In this document: positions 62,495 through 64,000 of the stretch, one piece after another | Position numbering within the stretch: the stretch's first letter is position 1 | How the letters are laid out: the number at the start of each line of letters is the position of its first letter | NCBI GenBank assembly: GCA_051362555.1 | Contig: CM120640.1 | Span: 37,839,967 to 37,903,966 of the forward strand | Direction of reading: 5' to 3' | From: Lingula anatina | Lineage: Eukaryota > Animalia > Brachiopoda | Length of the DNA stretch: 64,000 nt | Position numbers and translations under genes: made by a program | Notes under the pieces: model-generated | What the model was told of the DNA's origin: nothing | The model's database searches: none | Seen by the model: only the letters and a program-made list of their open reading frames with translations

Positions 62495-63643
62495 GAGGGG
62501 ATTTTCTCTGGCTTCTTTGTTTCCTTGTAAAATGTTCTTGCTTTCTAATTGATACTGATCATAGTACAGATATTTACTTATATTTAGTAACTGCACCACT
62601 TCTACTGACTAAAAAGGGTAAGTAAGCACTGGTAGATATGTAACAAAATTTTCATGCTAGAGAAATCGACCATCACTAAGATTTTTAAGAAGAATACCAA
62701 TTAGACAGAGCTTTCCAATGCAGTACCAAATAAATCTGATTCATTAATTTAAGTGTAGGAAAATGATGAACATTTGAAGGCCTCATTTTCAGTCTCCTTT
62801 AGCAATGAAAACGTAAATGGTTGTGACCTACCACCTCTAACACACTGATTCAGGTGGTAAGACCTGATAATTAGGGACAATCTAGACAGGATATCCAAAA
62901 TTCATACCTTTAATTAGCTGAGACAATTGTTAAGCCAAACCTTTGGGTCACATGGTTTAAGAAGACTTCTACAATTGGGGGTGGGGGAGGGATAACTGTG
63001 GCGGTTGGGTGTATTTATTTTAGGAATGTTACCTAATTTGTGCAGATAAATAAATTTTCATCACATCTTTATATACGTAAACAAGTTTTAAAAAATGAAG
63101 TTTTATGAGTAGTCAGTGAATAAAAATGTGTATGCTGTATACTGAACAAATTGTAAGGTTAGGTCAATAATGTCAGTTAATTACCTAACCATATTTTTCA
63201 ATTCATATAACCCTTCTCTTGTGCATTAGTGTTTCCTATGTTTACTCCAGTCTAGTGTACACTTTCCAGTATATTTCCCTGTATTTCAAATCTGAGTATG
63301 ACTGCAACATGCTAAACCTGAAGCACTTTATTTAATTCCAGTCAATACAAGATACAAAGAAAGAAATGTGGGCTTCAATAAAAGTATGTCTTATGGTTTA
63401 CCAAGGCTAAAAACAGCTTCAACATGAAATCAGGGAATAGATTCAGATTCTTTATTGACAAACACCTTCACATAAAGGTACAATCAATTACAATACGATA
63501 CTAGTGGCTAGAACATAGAACAGACAAATAAATAGATAAATAAATATATATATATACATATAGATTAGCAATTGTTGAAATCAGTGACTATACACGTGTA
63601 TACGAATGTCGCATTCCATAATCAATTTACCAGGTTTGATCTA

Positions 63644-63740
63644 CACGCCCAGTCTCTGCTGACAGCGCATAACGGGTCTCACACTGGTACTATGATCTGG
63701 TGTGAGACCCGTTATGCGCTGTCAGCAGAGACTGGGCGTG
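63644..63740. repeat. Perfect 41-bp inverted repeat with a 15-nt spacer
   Basis: CACGCCCAGTCTCTGCTGACAGCGCATAACGGGTCTCACAC (63644-63684) is the exact reverse complement of 63700-63740. Confidence 0.97.
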
Positions 63741-64000
63741 GAATATAAGGAGAAGCACCACAGCAGCTGCTGCCAAACAGATGCACTTGTTGCTGACCAT
63801 AAAATGTGTAATGTGTAGCAAAACTGTAACATACAAACTTGAAAGCGTTAAATGGCTAATAATGAATGCCCTAATTTGTCCGTGCATAATTTGGAGAGAA
63901 AATAATAATTAAAAATCTTACGTCTATGGCCAGAGACTTTCGCAGGATATTGACATTCTTTTGCATCCTCTTATCATGGGCCGCTTATCATCCCTTGGCC

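Noticed and set aside
9101-64000. Recurrent CAAGGGA / TCCCTTG near several promoters (~9103, ~18223, ~28348, ~63991)
   Set aside because: Short motif; other nearby matches fall inside coding exons; enrichment cannot be shown by eye.

Overview
AT-rich, intron-rich animal genomic DNA; a lophotrochozoan, probably a mollusc (inferred from a close squid-type DFPase homologue). Reading splice sites by hand gives nine protein-coding genes that fill the window and alternate strictly in strand: RICTOR (-, runs off the left edge), DFPase-like beta-propeller hydrolase (+), tectonic (-), an unrecognised ~215-aa protein (+), pelota (-), USP6NL/RN-tre TBC RabGAP (+), ACTR6/Arp6 (-), an F-box/WD40 protein (+) and TCP11L1 (-). 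This gives four head-to-head pairs on short CpG-rich spacers and four tail-to-tail junctions. Points of interest: an AT-AC U12 intron in tectonic, a GC-AG intron in ACTR6, a candidate 12-nt microexon and a doubled D-domain-like segment in the F-box gene, an in-frame alternative donor in RICTOR, a perfect 41-bp hairpin in TCP11L1 intron 1, and several MITEs. No rRNA, tRNA, CRISPR array or autonomous transposon was recognised. I found no clearly new biological system; the best leads are the orphan gene, the F-box architecture, the DFPase context and the hairpin. Homology calls come from recalled family sequences, not database searches, and exon boundaries may be off by a few nucleotides.
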